From NCBI GenBank assembly GCA_053919585.1, contig CM132792.1: a stretch of 64,000 nt of DNA; one strand, written 5' to 3'. How positions within the stretch are numbered: position 1 is the stretch's first letter; every line of letters starts with the position of its first letter. Source of the DNA: Euprymna scolopes (taxonomy: Eukaryota). The notes beneath the pieces are model-generated. The model saw nothing but the letters and a program-made list of their open reading frames with translations, ran no database searches and was not told where the DNA came from. A program made the translations under genes and the position numbers. Positions 25,997 through 38,130 of this stretch are shown here, one piece after another.

Positions 25997-26077
25997 CAGG
26001 TTTTTTTTATATTCAAAAGTAATGGACTAATGAATTCAACGAGGTTGTTAGATAGTGCTCAATAAAAAGAGCTGATA

Positions 26078-26332
26078 ATACTTGTTTATTGTTATATAAA
26101 CATGCTCACATCCCGCTGCTACAAATAGCCACTTGTTTCAATCAAACAACAGATATCATCACGCAGCGACTTGACTATTCAAAAGTTCAATGAATAATCT
26201 ATTATTATTATTAGATTATTCATTGAACTTTTGAATAGTCAAGTCGCTGCCTGATGATATCTGTTGTTTGATTGAAACAAGTGGCTATTTGTAGCAGCGG
26301 GATGTGAGCATGTTTATATAACAATAAACAAG

Positions 26333-26335
<3 letters not shown>
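26078..26335. repeat. Long inverted repeat: 124-bp arms, 1 mismatch, 10-nt loop
   Basis: 26078-26201 is the reverse complement of 26212-26335 except for C26162/C26251. Confidence 0.97.
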
Positions 26336-26364
<29 letters not shown>

Positions 26365-26490
26365 CTAAACTTGCAAATATATACACAATTTTACAATGCA
26401 GGACAAACTGAATTAGTAGTTTCATGCAAAATCTAACAATAAATCTTTAGAAAAAAAACGTAAATAAATTGTTTCACGAATTTACGTTTT

Positions 26491-26665
26491 GAGGGGTGAC
26501 AGTGACTAAGTGGCTAACAACACCGAAAACTTGGATGTGCCAAGATCGAATCCGGTTTGTTCCACAGAAACACTTCCATCAAATCTACACCTGATCTTGC
26601 GTCTAACCTTCTAGAGAGAAAGAAAGGAAAAGAATCTCTTCAACTTGATACAACTATAAATAATT
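26491..26665 (+). mobile_element. tRNA-derived SINE (family A)
   Basis: A-box-like gtgactaagtgg and B-box-like gatcgaatcc followed by ttgttccacagaaaca. Copies at about 33022-33230, 35771-35975 and 61510-61715. Confidence 0.7.
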
Positions 26666-27004
26666 CTTTCTATTTGTAAATAATCGCTGAATGCTATAAT
26701 ATGGTTGTTGAGTCAGAGGTTTTAGAAGAAATTGGGAGTCAGACTTGTAAGAATGCTCAGAGTCAAGATCAGATTTTTTAAATCTCTATTGACAGTCTGA
26801 ATATTGATGGACTTTAAAATAAGGAGTCGGATAATTTGAAGTTCTATTCAGAATTTTTAAAAGCCTATGAGTCAAAATCAGACATTATATCTTCTAGCCT
26901 TAACAACCCCTGATTAAACTATAAGTATGTGAAATTTCTAATGAAAAATATTTTAGATTTTATGAATACGAATAGAATTACTGCATTTGTATTACTTGAA
27001 TTAT

Positions 27005-27325
27005 TAAAACTAATGTTCTCGTCTTAAATGTTATTTTCACAATGTTTCGCTCAATGTAAAATCCAACCTTCTTCAGGTGCATCTTGTTGAACTCTGGAAT
27101 CTATGTGAAACACGAAAATGTTTACGTAATCTAAAAACAGATTCTTTACTTAATACATGAAGGTAGACTGCTCTCATTTCATCAGCTGTGACCAAGTATA
27201 ATTTTAAGTAATTTTTTATTGTATTCTTAGTATCACCCATACTGAGGATTGAACCTTTAACCTCAAGAAGTGTTGCTTGGAACTGATTGTAATTTAGCAC
27301 TTTTATCTGTTGCACCAAATAATAC
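27005..27325 (-). mobile_element. Penelope-like terminal repeat copy with hammerhead-like core
   Basis: Minus strand reads gcacCTGAAGAaggttgg...gagcGAAAcattgtg (27080-27038). Homologous to copies at about 18340-18700, 19815-20130, 20345-20520, 22225-22335, 28520-28870, 54465-54630 and 54790-54950. Confidence 0.7.
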
Positions 27326-28519
27326 AAAGTAGCAATCATCATATAAAAAATTGAAACACTAAATCTGAATTCTCTAATATTTTTATGAAAATGATTGAAT
27401 AAACACCAGTATTATATGACGGACATTGAATTCAGTTTGAAAGCTAAATTTGTATTTAAACATTTTCCAAATCAAAATTTTATATCCTTGAGTGGCTTTT
27501 GGCCTTTGATAAATGGTGACTCCTGAATAAAATAAAAAAAGTTATAATTTTCACAATTGTTTGTTTCAAGGAAATAACATTTCAAGTAAATAACCAACAA
27601 GGATTATTCTTCAGATTCTGTACCTTTACAAGGCCACTGAAATGTAAGGGGCTACTGTAATAAGGATTAGATTTATATAATGGCAACCTACGTGGGGAGT
27701 TGAGCGGCAAGACATTTCTTCACATTACATTTAAATTTTTGCATGTTTGCACGTTGAGGAAAAAAGAACAGAGAGGGATTTTTAAAGGCAAGTAGTTTGA
27801 AGAAAGAAATAGAAATAGATTAGAACATTTTTCAGCATCTAGGGGCATCTATAGTGAAGGGGGAGAGACGAGATTTTATTGCTAACCAGGTGGGTCAGAA
27901 GTATTTTTGTTGAGGGTTAAGTTCATTGGAAGAAATTCCGTAGAAGTACTTATAAAATAAGCACAGGGATGCAACACTGGCAGTGTCTTATATTGTTGCC
28001 ATCCTTCTTGTCTTTAGCTCCCTTCTTCATGATCATGATTGCTGCATTGTTATACACTGCAGTGTTCTTTAGTTTAAGTTTTCAATTAGGTTTGTGGTTA
28101 AGGTTTGTTTAACTATGTATTTAGTACCATCTCCTTTCACTATTCTACATTTTTCCATCACAAGAGATCTTGATGTATTACCTGATGCTTGGCATTGATA
28201 CTTGGTGTGCATGGTTAATTATAATCAGATCCAAACGCCTTCTGTTCATGGTAGGTATATTCTGGCCAGGCATTGATGCGGGTGACTTGAAGTAGATGTC
28301 AGCACATGAGAATACATATGGACTGACCAATGAGTATGCACTGACCCTACCGGAAATAATAAATACGGTATTGGCTCTAAAATCTCAAGACTATTAAAAT
28401 GTGACCCTTTACATTGATGAGGAAAAAATGGGATAATCCAACAAAAATGTCATCAATAATTTTTTAAAGGATTCAAAATACAAGAGTTATGAAAAATGTT
28501 TCTACTTTTGAGAGCATAA

Positions 28520-28893
28520 GTAAATTTTTGAGATGAGGATTGAGAAGTTGTATTATTTGTATTTAGATTATTTGGATTACTGTTCTCATCATGAGTATTG
28601 TCTCACAGGATTTTGTCTGATTTAACCTCTGACCTTTTACAGGTGTATCTTGTTGAACTCTATAATCTGTGTGGAATTTCAAACAGGATCCTTTATTTAA
28701 TCTACAGAGTTAACATATTCTAGTTCTGTCAGTCATGACTAGGTAGAAGTCTTAAGTAATTTGCAATTGTAGTCTTAATTTCGCTCGCACTGAGGATTGA
28801 ATCTTCAACCTCCAAAATGTTGTCATTCAGAACTGATTTTTACCAAGTACTTTATCCATTATGCCACAAGTACTTTATCCATTATGCCACAAG
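28520..28893 (-). mobile_element. Penelope-like terminal repeat copy ending in a 23-bp tandem duplication
   Basis: Same conserved blocks as the other copies; aagtactttatccattatgccac occurs twice at the end. Confidence 0.65.
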
Positions 28894-29033
28894 TCATCTA
28901 TAAAAGAGAACTCTCTTTTGTCAAAAATCCCACTAACATCTCAGATTCAAAAACTTTAGATGCCATCTCCTTATTTCAAAGTCTCCAACCAAGGAAGTGC
29001 AATATCTTTCTAAGCAATAAAAGCACATAAGTA

Positions 29034-29224
29034 TAGTAGAACCCCGGGATACGGTGGCCCTAGGATACTTTTTTTCAGGTTACGATGTGGAATACGTTTT
29101 TCCGGCTCCTGGTTACGGTATTTGCCCCGCCTTAGTGTTATTTATAATATTTGATTATATACGTGCGTATTATGTACTGTATTTTGTTGCTAATTTTTAA
29201 TGCCATGTTCCCGGGGTTCTACTG
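29034..29224. mobile_element. 191-bp MITE with 16-bp TIRs and TA target duplication (Tc1/mariner-pogo type)
   Basis: TA-[t]agtagaaccccggga ... tcccggggttctactg-TA, with a CpG-rich interior. Confidence 0.8.
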
Positions 29225-30879
29225 TATTATAGATTCGATTAAATTGGAACTTGATTTGCTAATTCCATCATCTGTGTTTACTACGTTAACTGCAGCCATC
29301 AATAAGATATTCACATACAAGGTAACAACAAGCATGGCCTGAGGCAAAGCTAAAGAATACAGGTTGAAGGATAGAAAATCAACTTACCATTTTTCACAAA
29401 TTACAATTTTGATTAAATAATTTTTTAACTGATTCAATTTGTTCTCAATCAATCGAGATAAAATGATATAAGCATGAGCAAAACATACGATTTAATGTTA
29501 AGAATGAAGTTGGACTTTATTTGAAAAAGAAAAATATTTAAAATTCTTTGTCTTCCTTCCAATTCTAATAAGAAATGAAGGAAATCTACACATCACATTT
29601 TTTGGTCAGATCTTCAAAATCCAATGATTTATGTAATTTTATGCAAAATATAGTCATTGAGCATGAAAACGTTTCCATTCGGACTCTTAGTATTCTTATG
29701 AGTCCGATTCCTTCCAAAACCTGATTTTAGTAATACTGGTTCAAAGCTGCGAAAGCATCCTCACAATTGTGCAACCAAATTGTTCATGCTTTTTTAATGG
29801 GACAAGGATTTAAAACATCAACCCCTAACAATGGCAGAATGGTTTCTGGATTGACATTTCTGCAATATCTGGAAATGTGAGATTTTTCAAATTTCACCAT
29901 CTTTTTCATTCTGTGATGATCCACAACTTTTGAAAGATACTGTCCTTTACACCATGTGTCAGTAGGTTCTTTTTTTAAACCAAAATATGATCTTTTTGAT
30001 TACTTAATTTGTTTACATTGGACTTGAAAACAATAATGTTGTAGTCTGTAAGGAAACAGTTTCACAGTAATGTGTTCCATTGATGAGAAGTTCTTGTAAA
30101 GAAACTATGTTCATGGAAGTTCTGTTTGGCTTGAGGTACACAGAGGAAGAAAGAAAATTTCTTTACGAGCTTAATGAGTTCCTGTTAATATTTTAAATAT
30201 TTTACAGTTGGAAACGAGAAACTGGAGTTATCGAAGTAAGAAAAGAATGACAAAAGCCGAGCCACATATCTACTATAAAAAAGGAATTGTAGAGAAGAAA
30301 AGGGATTATCTTCCACTAGTTGAGATTGTCGGACTGACTTCCTCATCTTGGTTGTTATTGTCACAACGTTTCGGCTGTTTTGCCAATAACAACCAAGATG
30401 AAGAAGTCAGTCCGACAATCTCAATCAATGAAAACACCTCATCTCAAAAATATAGACAATTATCTTCCACTAGATTGCATAGTCGATTTTGCACCCTGTT
30501 AAGGCAGGAAAGTGTGACATATCTTTTGTTTTTCGGTTGAGAAGAATCTTGGCTCAAAAGTGGAAAATACTCAACCACCTGAGAACAGAAATAGAGCATC
30601 AAAAATTGCTATGACTAGATGGGCTTACAAAACTGATCCAACCATCTGTGAATGTGGAGAGGATGACCATACGATACGACACTGCCTTGTTTGTCCTTGA
30701 CTGTCCAACCAATGCAGTTTGAAAGAACTTGCAGATTATAACAAAAAGTGCAAAGAACTGCATAAAAAAAGTGGGAAACTGTTGTATGATGACATGCTTC
30801 CAAGACACGCAAAGATGATTACAATATCAGTTTGCAGGTCATTATTTTGGATCTGAAAATTGCAATTGCATTGGTTCAG

Positions 30880-31262
30880 TAGAGGACATGCCTTACATGT
30901 GGAGAAACGATATAAAAATGATACAGTGTGAGTTTTAAAGAAAGCCTTAGACCTGATGACATCAAAAGATTAAATCTGAACAGTACAAAGAGATATGTGC
31001 AAAATAAGAGACTTTGATAGTACGGCTATGTTGAAAGAATGAATTAGAGTTATTGAGTTAGTAAATGCAGATCAGTTGAGGCAGCAGGGTGAGTTGACAG
31101 AAAAAGGTTAAAGAAAGCATGAGAGAAAGTGGTAAGGATGGATTAGAGAGAAAGAGGGATGAAAAGACCTGGCCAAAGACAGATTAATTTAATAGACAAT
31201 TTCTAAAAGCTGTCCAACACATGCCAGCATGTAAAACAGATGTTAAAGAAAATATGATGGCA
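30880..31262 (+). mobile_element. RTE-like LINE 3' fragment
   Basis: agattaaatctgaacag ... gtccaacacatgccagcatgtaaaacagatgttaa ... atgatg. A shorter copy lies at about 14425-14550. Confidence 0.7.
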
Positions 31263-33239
31263 ATTGAAGTTCTGTCAAATTATTTTGATCCTTTTCTCAA
31301 AAAATAAATCTATTCTCATTAATATTTTATCAAATTTAAATACAATTTCTTATGCAAATCTTTGTAATAAGTTCTGCTTCTTTGAAACTTGTAAGAATCG
31401 AGTCAAATCGCTTTTCTATTGTTTTAGATCATTTGTTATTTGTTCCATCCTTCCTTATGATTATTTAATACTTTCTGATTTTGTTTTAGTTGTTTTATAG
31501 CAAAGCAAACTTTTTGCGTTATACAGAAAAAACAATTTCTAAGAACAAAGTCTACTTGCTGTTCTTTTCTATCTTTGTTTAACATAGAAATCTTTCTAGA
31601 CTGGGGCAGTTTGTTTTCTTATTGTCTTATTCCAAAATGTTCCTTTTTAAGGACTCGATTTTCCCTATATTAAAAACTGTGTGTAATTCTGTCCACATGT
31701 GGAGACAAGCAAATAGAGACAATATCTATTGGAAAACATTCACTGTATACAATTAATCAAACGAACGTTGTACCTTTTTCCCTACAACCGGCAGTATTAA
31801 TGAGACGCTCATCAAAATAGATATCAAAGAGAATTTGAAATGGATGTAGACCGTAAGTCTGAGATATTGTCTAAAAATAACTTTTATATAATTTTGAATT
31901 TTCTGTTAAACTTATTCTGCAGTTTCTGTTACACACATCCTACCCATAACACGGTTTCCCCCTGAAACTATATTCTGCACAGATCTATTAAAGCCAGAGT
32001 ATTAAGGCATTGATTTGTGATGGTTATCTTCTGGTCATCACCTTTGCTTTTGTTGCAACATGACTGCATCAAAATATATAACTCATTTGTCAGTTAGTAC
32101 AAAACTACAGTGCCTTTTTTATTTGAATCCCTACGAGGACAGAGTTAGACACATGGTCGGTTTTAATGTGATGAAAACCCAGCTGATTAGAGTACTTTGA
32201 ACTGGGAGAAAAATTTAAATTGCCTCAGTAAAAAAGGATTTCATCTTAACTGACCGATGGCAGAAAAGATCAAGTGCAGTATCAGAACATACGTTTTGTT
32301 TATAGATAAAAATGTCCCTCTCCAACATTGTGACTGTACTTATTTCATTGCACTATATCTGACAGAAAGTATTAAAAATCTTTTAAAATACATATATTTT
32401 GAATAAAATAGAAAAGATTTCTTTTTCTTTATAGCAACATTCAATATAAAACCAGTTAATATTATTTCATATATTTATTAAAGTAATAATGGATATAAAT
32501 CGTTTCTTCATAATCTCTCATGAACATAAAATTGAAAAAAATAAATCCCAGTTTTTTTTTTGTTTTTTTTTATTATAAAAATATATAGTTGTGCAAACCA
32601 TAAAAATTCCATAAAAAATATTTCTTGTTTTTGCGAAATGCACATATATTTTTTTAGAGAACAGACACAGCTCATGTAAATTCTAAATATTAGCATCATA
32701 GCTCCTGCTCCTAGTGGTTCTCCAAAATTGAAAACCTCAAGAAAAACACAAAATCCTTTTAAAGAGACACTACCTGCTGTAGATAAAGTTTTACTACTGA
32801 AATGATTCTTCAGGAGAAAGAGAAGAGGCAAACCTGAAGAAATGATAGAAACAGCACAAAACGAGAGAGCCGAAACAAACACCGAATAAGATAGACAACA
32901 ATGTGAACAAGTAATGTTAGACAACACATGGAAAGAAATAATCCAAGGTCACATATGTGTGCACATCTGTGTATGTTTGGAAACAGATCAACAACACATA
33001 ATAGCTACTTACCTCCTTTGCAGGGAGGTGACAGTACTCTAGTGGTTAACGACACAAACTGACGACCTGGATGTGCAAAGTTTGAATACAGTTTGTTCCA
33101 CAAAAATCATTTTCATTTTGGATGTTGGCAAACTTCACATGGTCCCTCCTGTAATTCCTAATGTCTTTCTAGAAAGAATTCTAACAAGAAAAATGCCAAC
33201 AATAGAATCTTGATTCCTAAAATATGATGATGACCTCCT

Positions 33240-33375
33240 TTGCAGGAGATTGGAACACCTCAAACAATCAGCAATAAACTCCTCCTCAGAAAGGTAAAGC
33301 CTGGGAGAGTGCATATCCTAGAACTAATCAAAACCATATCTCAGCCTGACAGCAACAAAGCCACTGTTGGATTAA
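33240..33375 (+). repeat. Unclassified dispersed repeat
   Basis: gcaataaactc...aaccatatctcagcctgacagcaac is shared with about 22050-22185 (+) and related to about 63480-63570 (-) and 52130-52270 (-). Confidence 0.6.
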
Positions 33376-33629
33376 TTGTCAAGAACATATATTGGTACAA
33401 ACAACACCTACTCAAGCTGTGCCAGGCAAGTAATAGTTTCTCTCCTCTCATTCAACATGTGAGAAACTACCAGCAATTCCCTAGTGTTGTTAACCCCATC
33501 TCTCCAAATGTAGATCTACAATAAGCTTTATCACCGATATTAAGCACTCTCCTTTATAAAAACAGCAACTATCTCTACACGAACATACATTAAGAATACA
33601 TCAATACGAGTTCTCTGCAGGCAACTTAC

Positions 33630-33668
33630 CAAAATTCAAAGCAGAATCAAAGGGCCATTTGGTCATCC
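33630..33668 (-). CDS. TNRC6: Candidate 39-nt alternative exon with ATG (MTKWPFDSALNF, phase-1 end)
   Basis: Branch-like ccctaac, pyrimidine tract, ttccgcag|GG ATG ... TTG|gtaagt (consensus donor). Its phase joins the large exon directly. Confidence 0.5.
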
Positions 33669-36600
33669 CTGCGGAAATTAGAAATAGAGCAAGGGTTAGG
33701 GTTAATACAGAAGAATTATTGAAGGAGTCAATGTGCATCTATTGAAGAAAAGAGTTGCTCAAAGAAAAAGTCAAATAGTTTTAAACAATGTTTTATTCAA
33801 TGGTAAAAACTTTAGTGATTCTGAGCCGCAATGAGTCAAAAAAGGAGAAAAGAATATTACCAAAATGATGTCAACCAATTTAATGTCGGAAAATATTGCA
33901 ATTGCCTCAAGTGTTCATCATTTGAAAAAAGTTTTTTTTTTCGATATATTGTAATTGTGTAATGTTGATGAATTTGAAAGTACAAGAATACCATAGTATG
34001 ATAAAAAAATTACCTATTTTGTAAGGTGAAAATAATTATTTTATTAAAAACCTCTGGACAAAGCATTACACACAATTCATTAATAATATAAATAAAGTTA
34101 TATTCAGGGTTGCAGAGTCAGCATCAAAGGTATTGGAAAAAGTCAGAGTCATTCTCATAAGAATGCTAAGAGTCAAAGTCAGAGTTTTTAATCTGCAAAG
34201 AATTAACAGACAGTCTAAATATTGCAGAACTTCAAAATGAGTTCAAGTCAAATATTTGGAGTCCTAGCGGTTGGAGCCACACCTAACACCATCTAACTCC
34301 ACAACCCTTTATATTAATTAGATACATTGTATTTAGAAAGAATTTTGAAATATTACTCACTTTATGATATAATTTTTCCTATAACAATGATAATGATAGT
34401 TTGTTTTTTTATTTCTTCTGTAACGAGTCTTTCAGAATATGCAGATAATGATTTGATCACCAGCAAGTTCAGCGGATGGAAAAGTTCAAATAAAGTTTCT
34501 TAATTGTACCAAATTACAAGTCATCTCATTATTATCAAAAGCATCATTTTTAATCGTTTGGAATTACGTTATTTTTAAAAGGCTGTTTTTGAATTAATAA
34601 ATTAAAAAGAAAAGTTTCTTTGGGGGGAAAAAATCAGTCTATCTCTCAAAACATTTTGAGTGAAATTGACAATTCAACTAATAAAGATTAGCAGTTCTTT
34701 GTAAGAATTCCACAACATTTTTACATCAATTTGTATAATTTAATATTGATAATATTCTTTAATGTAATAATAGTTTGACAGAGTTGATACTATTAAGAAA
34801 ACAGAATGTGTCTTTTTTCTTTGATAAAAATATTTATCATTGTCAGTTAAATATTCTTTAAATAAAATAACATGAATGTTTCTATTAATACATTTATTTA
34901 AAATTGTAGCAATTCTTTTTTAAGACAATAAATATTGTTTTCTTATCATAAAAATAATCGTCAGCTAAATATTTTTCCACTCAATAAAACAAATGTCACT
35001 TTTTAATGAATCATTTAAAATTGTTTTGTTGACAGGAGTTGAAAGATTTTGCATAAAACAACATATGCATACATATTGTAATAATATTGTTAGCATTTCA
35101 TATGCATTTTATCAATTCTAAGTAATGCTTAGGAGACTATATTGAACATTTATTGGTCTACAACAGCAATTCTCAATGGATGGAGGAATTCCTTCCTGGT
35201 TCACAAGATGCATCATTTATTGGCAACGATGTTATATAAATGTTATTCAGCTGCTCAGTATTTAGGATAAACATTTTACAATTTTTGAAGACAATGTTTT
35301 ATCAGACATTTTAATTACCACTGTGTTTTATTTATATATATATGCATCAGTTCTTATAACAAAAATACCTATTTGGATTTATTTTTTAAGCCCATCAAAA
35401 AACGCAGCACTCAGGTCATTCTAACTCGTTGATCATACTTTATCTGCAAAAGATTAAGACAACTTCTACATATGCATATTGCCAGTATTTCACATGCATT
35501 ATATCAAATCTAAAATAATTCTTATAGTTTATTGACCATAATATTTGTTGGATCTTACGGTTGGACAAGATATATCATTTATTGATAATGATGCTATATA
35601 AATGTTATTCAACTGCTCGACTTTTAGTATGTATGGTAGACATTTTACAATATTTTTAAAAAGCCTTTATCTGTGCACTGTCCAACAGAATCTAACACAA
35701 AAGCATTGAAAACAATAGCAGGTTATTTTTCACAAGATAAACAGATCGTTCAAGTTTTTATGAGACTGTTCGGAGGTGACAGTGGTGGCTAAGTGGTTTA
35801 CGACATGAACCAATCTATTCTGCACAAACACTTTCACTTAGGATGTTGGCAACCTTCATGTAATTCATGGTGTAAGAACCCTGTGTACTTCTAAAGAGAA
35901 TTCCAACTAGAAAAATACTGAAGAAAACAATGACAACAATAGAATCATGTGATTCATTCAAAATGAATGAATGAGACTCTTTGGAGGTTTCCACTGTGAA
36001 TATCAATGCAGTACAATACTAACAATCCTGTGAGGGATCGTGTTTGACCAACGTTAATGTAAAGTTTTCCAATGCACATTTACAACCGTAATCATGAAAT
36101 GGGTATAAATGTCTGCATCTTTACATCCAATCACTGCTGAGCCGAATCGGATTAAGGAAAAGAGGTTTAATTTTATTATTGAGTCATTATTTATCAAAGC
36201 CAAAGACCACTTAAAAATAAGGGTTAATGGGAAAGAAGAAAAATCAGATGAGGGACACTATAGGATTACCAACATTGAATGTTGGAACTGCCTATAATTA
36301 CTAATCGGATGGTTTGTGACAAAAATTTGTTAACATTGGATTTAAAAACAACCAAATTATAATCAGTAGGGAAGCAGTCCAACAGTAATGTGTTCAACAG
36401 GTGAGAAATTTTTACAAAATCCATGGAAATTCTGTTTGACTCTGGGTACTTGGAGAGAAAAAAGAAAAGTCAATTTTGTTTGATAGGAAAACAAATTCTT
36501 GTGAATGTCTTCAAAAGTTTCATCATGTGTGAGTTCAATCTCTGTACAGGGCAGTATATTTTAATTTTATTTTCATCAAAATAAATTTCATTAAAAAAAA

Positions 36601-36792
36601 ACATCTGAGAAGAAATATGCGATGTAAATAAATCAATTAAGCATTAAAAAAGTAGACACCAATTTAGCTGAATTAGTGTCTACTTTTTTTTATGTTTAAT
36701 TGATTAATGCTAAAAATATAAGATTTTTCCCCACTTATCAAGATCCCAGAACCACCGAAAATATTGTTTAGAAGTTTAGATTTACCCCATCG

Positions 36793-36955
36793 GTTATTTG
36801 ATTTTATGTTCATATTTCATGATTTAAAGATCAGTTATTTGATTTTATGTTCATATTTCATGATTTAAAGATCAGTTATTTGATTTTATGTTCATATTTC
36901 ATGATTTAAAGATCAGTTATTTGATTTTATGTTCATATTTCATGATTTAAAGATC
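36793..36955. repeat. Perfect 41-bp tandem repeat, 4 copies
   Basis: gttatttgattttatgttcatatttcatgatttaaagatca four times, with no spacers. Confidence 0.97.
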
Positions 36956-37539
36956 TTTTTTCTCAGCAAAATTTACATATTTAAAAGAATCTATCACCAG
37001 ATTTCTTAGAAACCATTATTCTACTGTGCACACAAGACTAATTTTAATAAATATACACACATATATGCATATATATCACACAGTCACACAAAATTTAGTG
37101 AGAAAAAACTGTTGGAACCCATTATTTCAAGTATTATGGGGGAAGGGAGAAAGCAAATAGCAAATTTGACAGTCCTTCCCCCACCATTATTTTTAAAATA
37201 GAAAAGAAATCTTTTATTCTATTTCAGTAATCAAACAGTTTCTATCTCCAACACACCATCTTTCTTCATTCTTTTCTGATCGATAGATTTTTCTTTTGCA
37301 TTTTCTTTTTTTAGACTTTCCAGTTTGAGACGTTTTCTTTCTTATTTCTTAACTTCATTGATGGAGACGTTATTTTCTATGAATATTAATGCAAACACTA
37401 GCAAAACATTTTTAACAAAAATTGTACACTCGTTTTCTTTATAAGACATGTTCCCATTAAAATCACATCCAACAATTTGACTTTGTCATTGAAAAGATCA
37501 AAATTAATAAATTCCAGAAAATGAAGGTATCTCACTCCA

Positions 37540-38130
37540 GATACAATCCTCTACCTATATAAGAGCCAAATGTGTCCTAAAACGGAGTATTGTTGCCACA
37601 TCTAGAGGACGAGCTGTTTGAAACATCCTATCCTGCCTTGACAGAGTTCAAAACTGGCTTCAAAACCTAGTATTCTTTCCTCCTTGCAATCTTTCCCATT
37701 GAAGAGATGTTGCAATCATGTCTCTGCACTATTGTCATTTTCATGGCAAATGCTCATCTGAACTTCAATCTATGCCTTCCCCTGATAATCTTTCATAAAG
37801 AACTCGTCTAACTACAACCACTATCAACAATTTTCCTCACTCTCTATCTATGCCTAAATCTAAATGCAAATTCTATGAACAAGGCTTCTTTCTTAGAACT
37901 GCTTGCCTGTGAAACCGTTTAATTTACCTGCTTTCTAACCGAGTACAACATGATCGTCTTCAAGTTCAATATAAACAAGTTCTTGTTAATCTGCTCCTTA
38001 AATAATTAAATTCTACTCAATTTCCACCACTAACGATTACTATGGTGTTGTCTCAATGACCACCATATACTCATCCTCGAGTGGCTTTCGAGCCTTGTTA
38101 AATGGTGACTCCTTTGTAAAAGAAAAATAA
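37540..38130 (+). mobile_element. CR1/L2-like LINE 3' fragment with distinctive tail
   Basis: Encodes a GFFLRTACL*N-like version of the SFFPRTxxxWNxLP ORF2 C-terminal motif. The tail cctcgagtggctttcgagccttgttaaatggtgactcctttgtaaaa recurs at about 27485-27535 (+), 51415-51460 (-) and 63900-63960 (-). Confidence 0.65.

Noticed and set aside
26491-26560. tRNA gene (also at about 33022, 35771, 42860, 53510 and 61510)
   Set aside because: A/B-box-like motifs without a cloverleaf, followed by a shared non-tRNA body, which indicates SINE heads.
29540-30020. Possible hAT transposase C-terminal relic on the minus strand (CEDAFAAL resembles CExxFS)
   Set aside because: One weak motif in heavily broken frames; not supportable without a search.
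32508-32927. 139-aa hydrophobic ORF and the many other 60-110 aa ORFs in AT-rich DNA
   Set aside because: Composition (F/I/L/K-rich) is what random AT-rich or repeat sequence gives, with no recognisable domains or splice support.
33692-33704. Telomere-like agggttagggtta
   Set aside because: Only two units; better explained as the branch-point region (ccctaac) of the candidate 39-nt exon, or as chance.
36793-36955. Possible CRISPR array (also considered for 2440-3255 and 49423-50010)
   Set aside because: Eukaryotic intron, no unique constant-length spacers and no cas genes.
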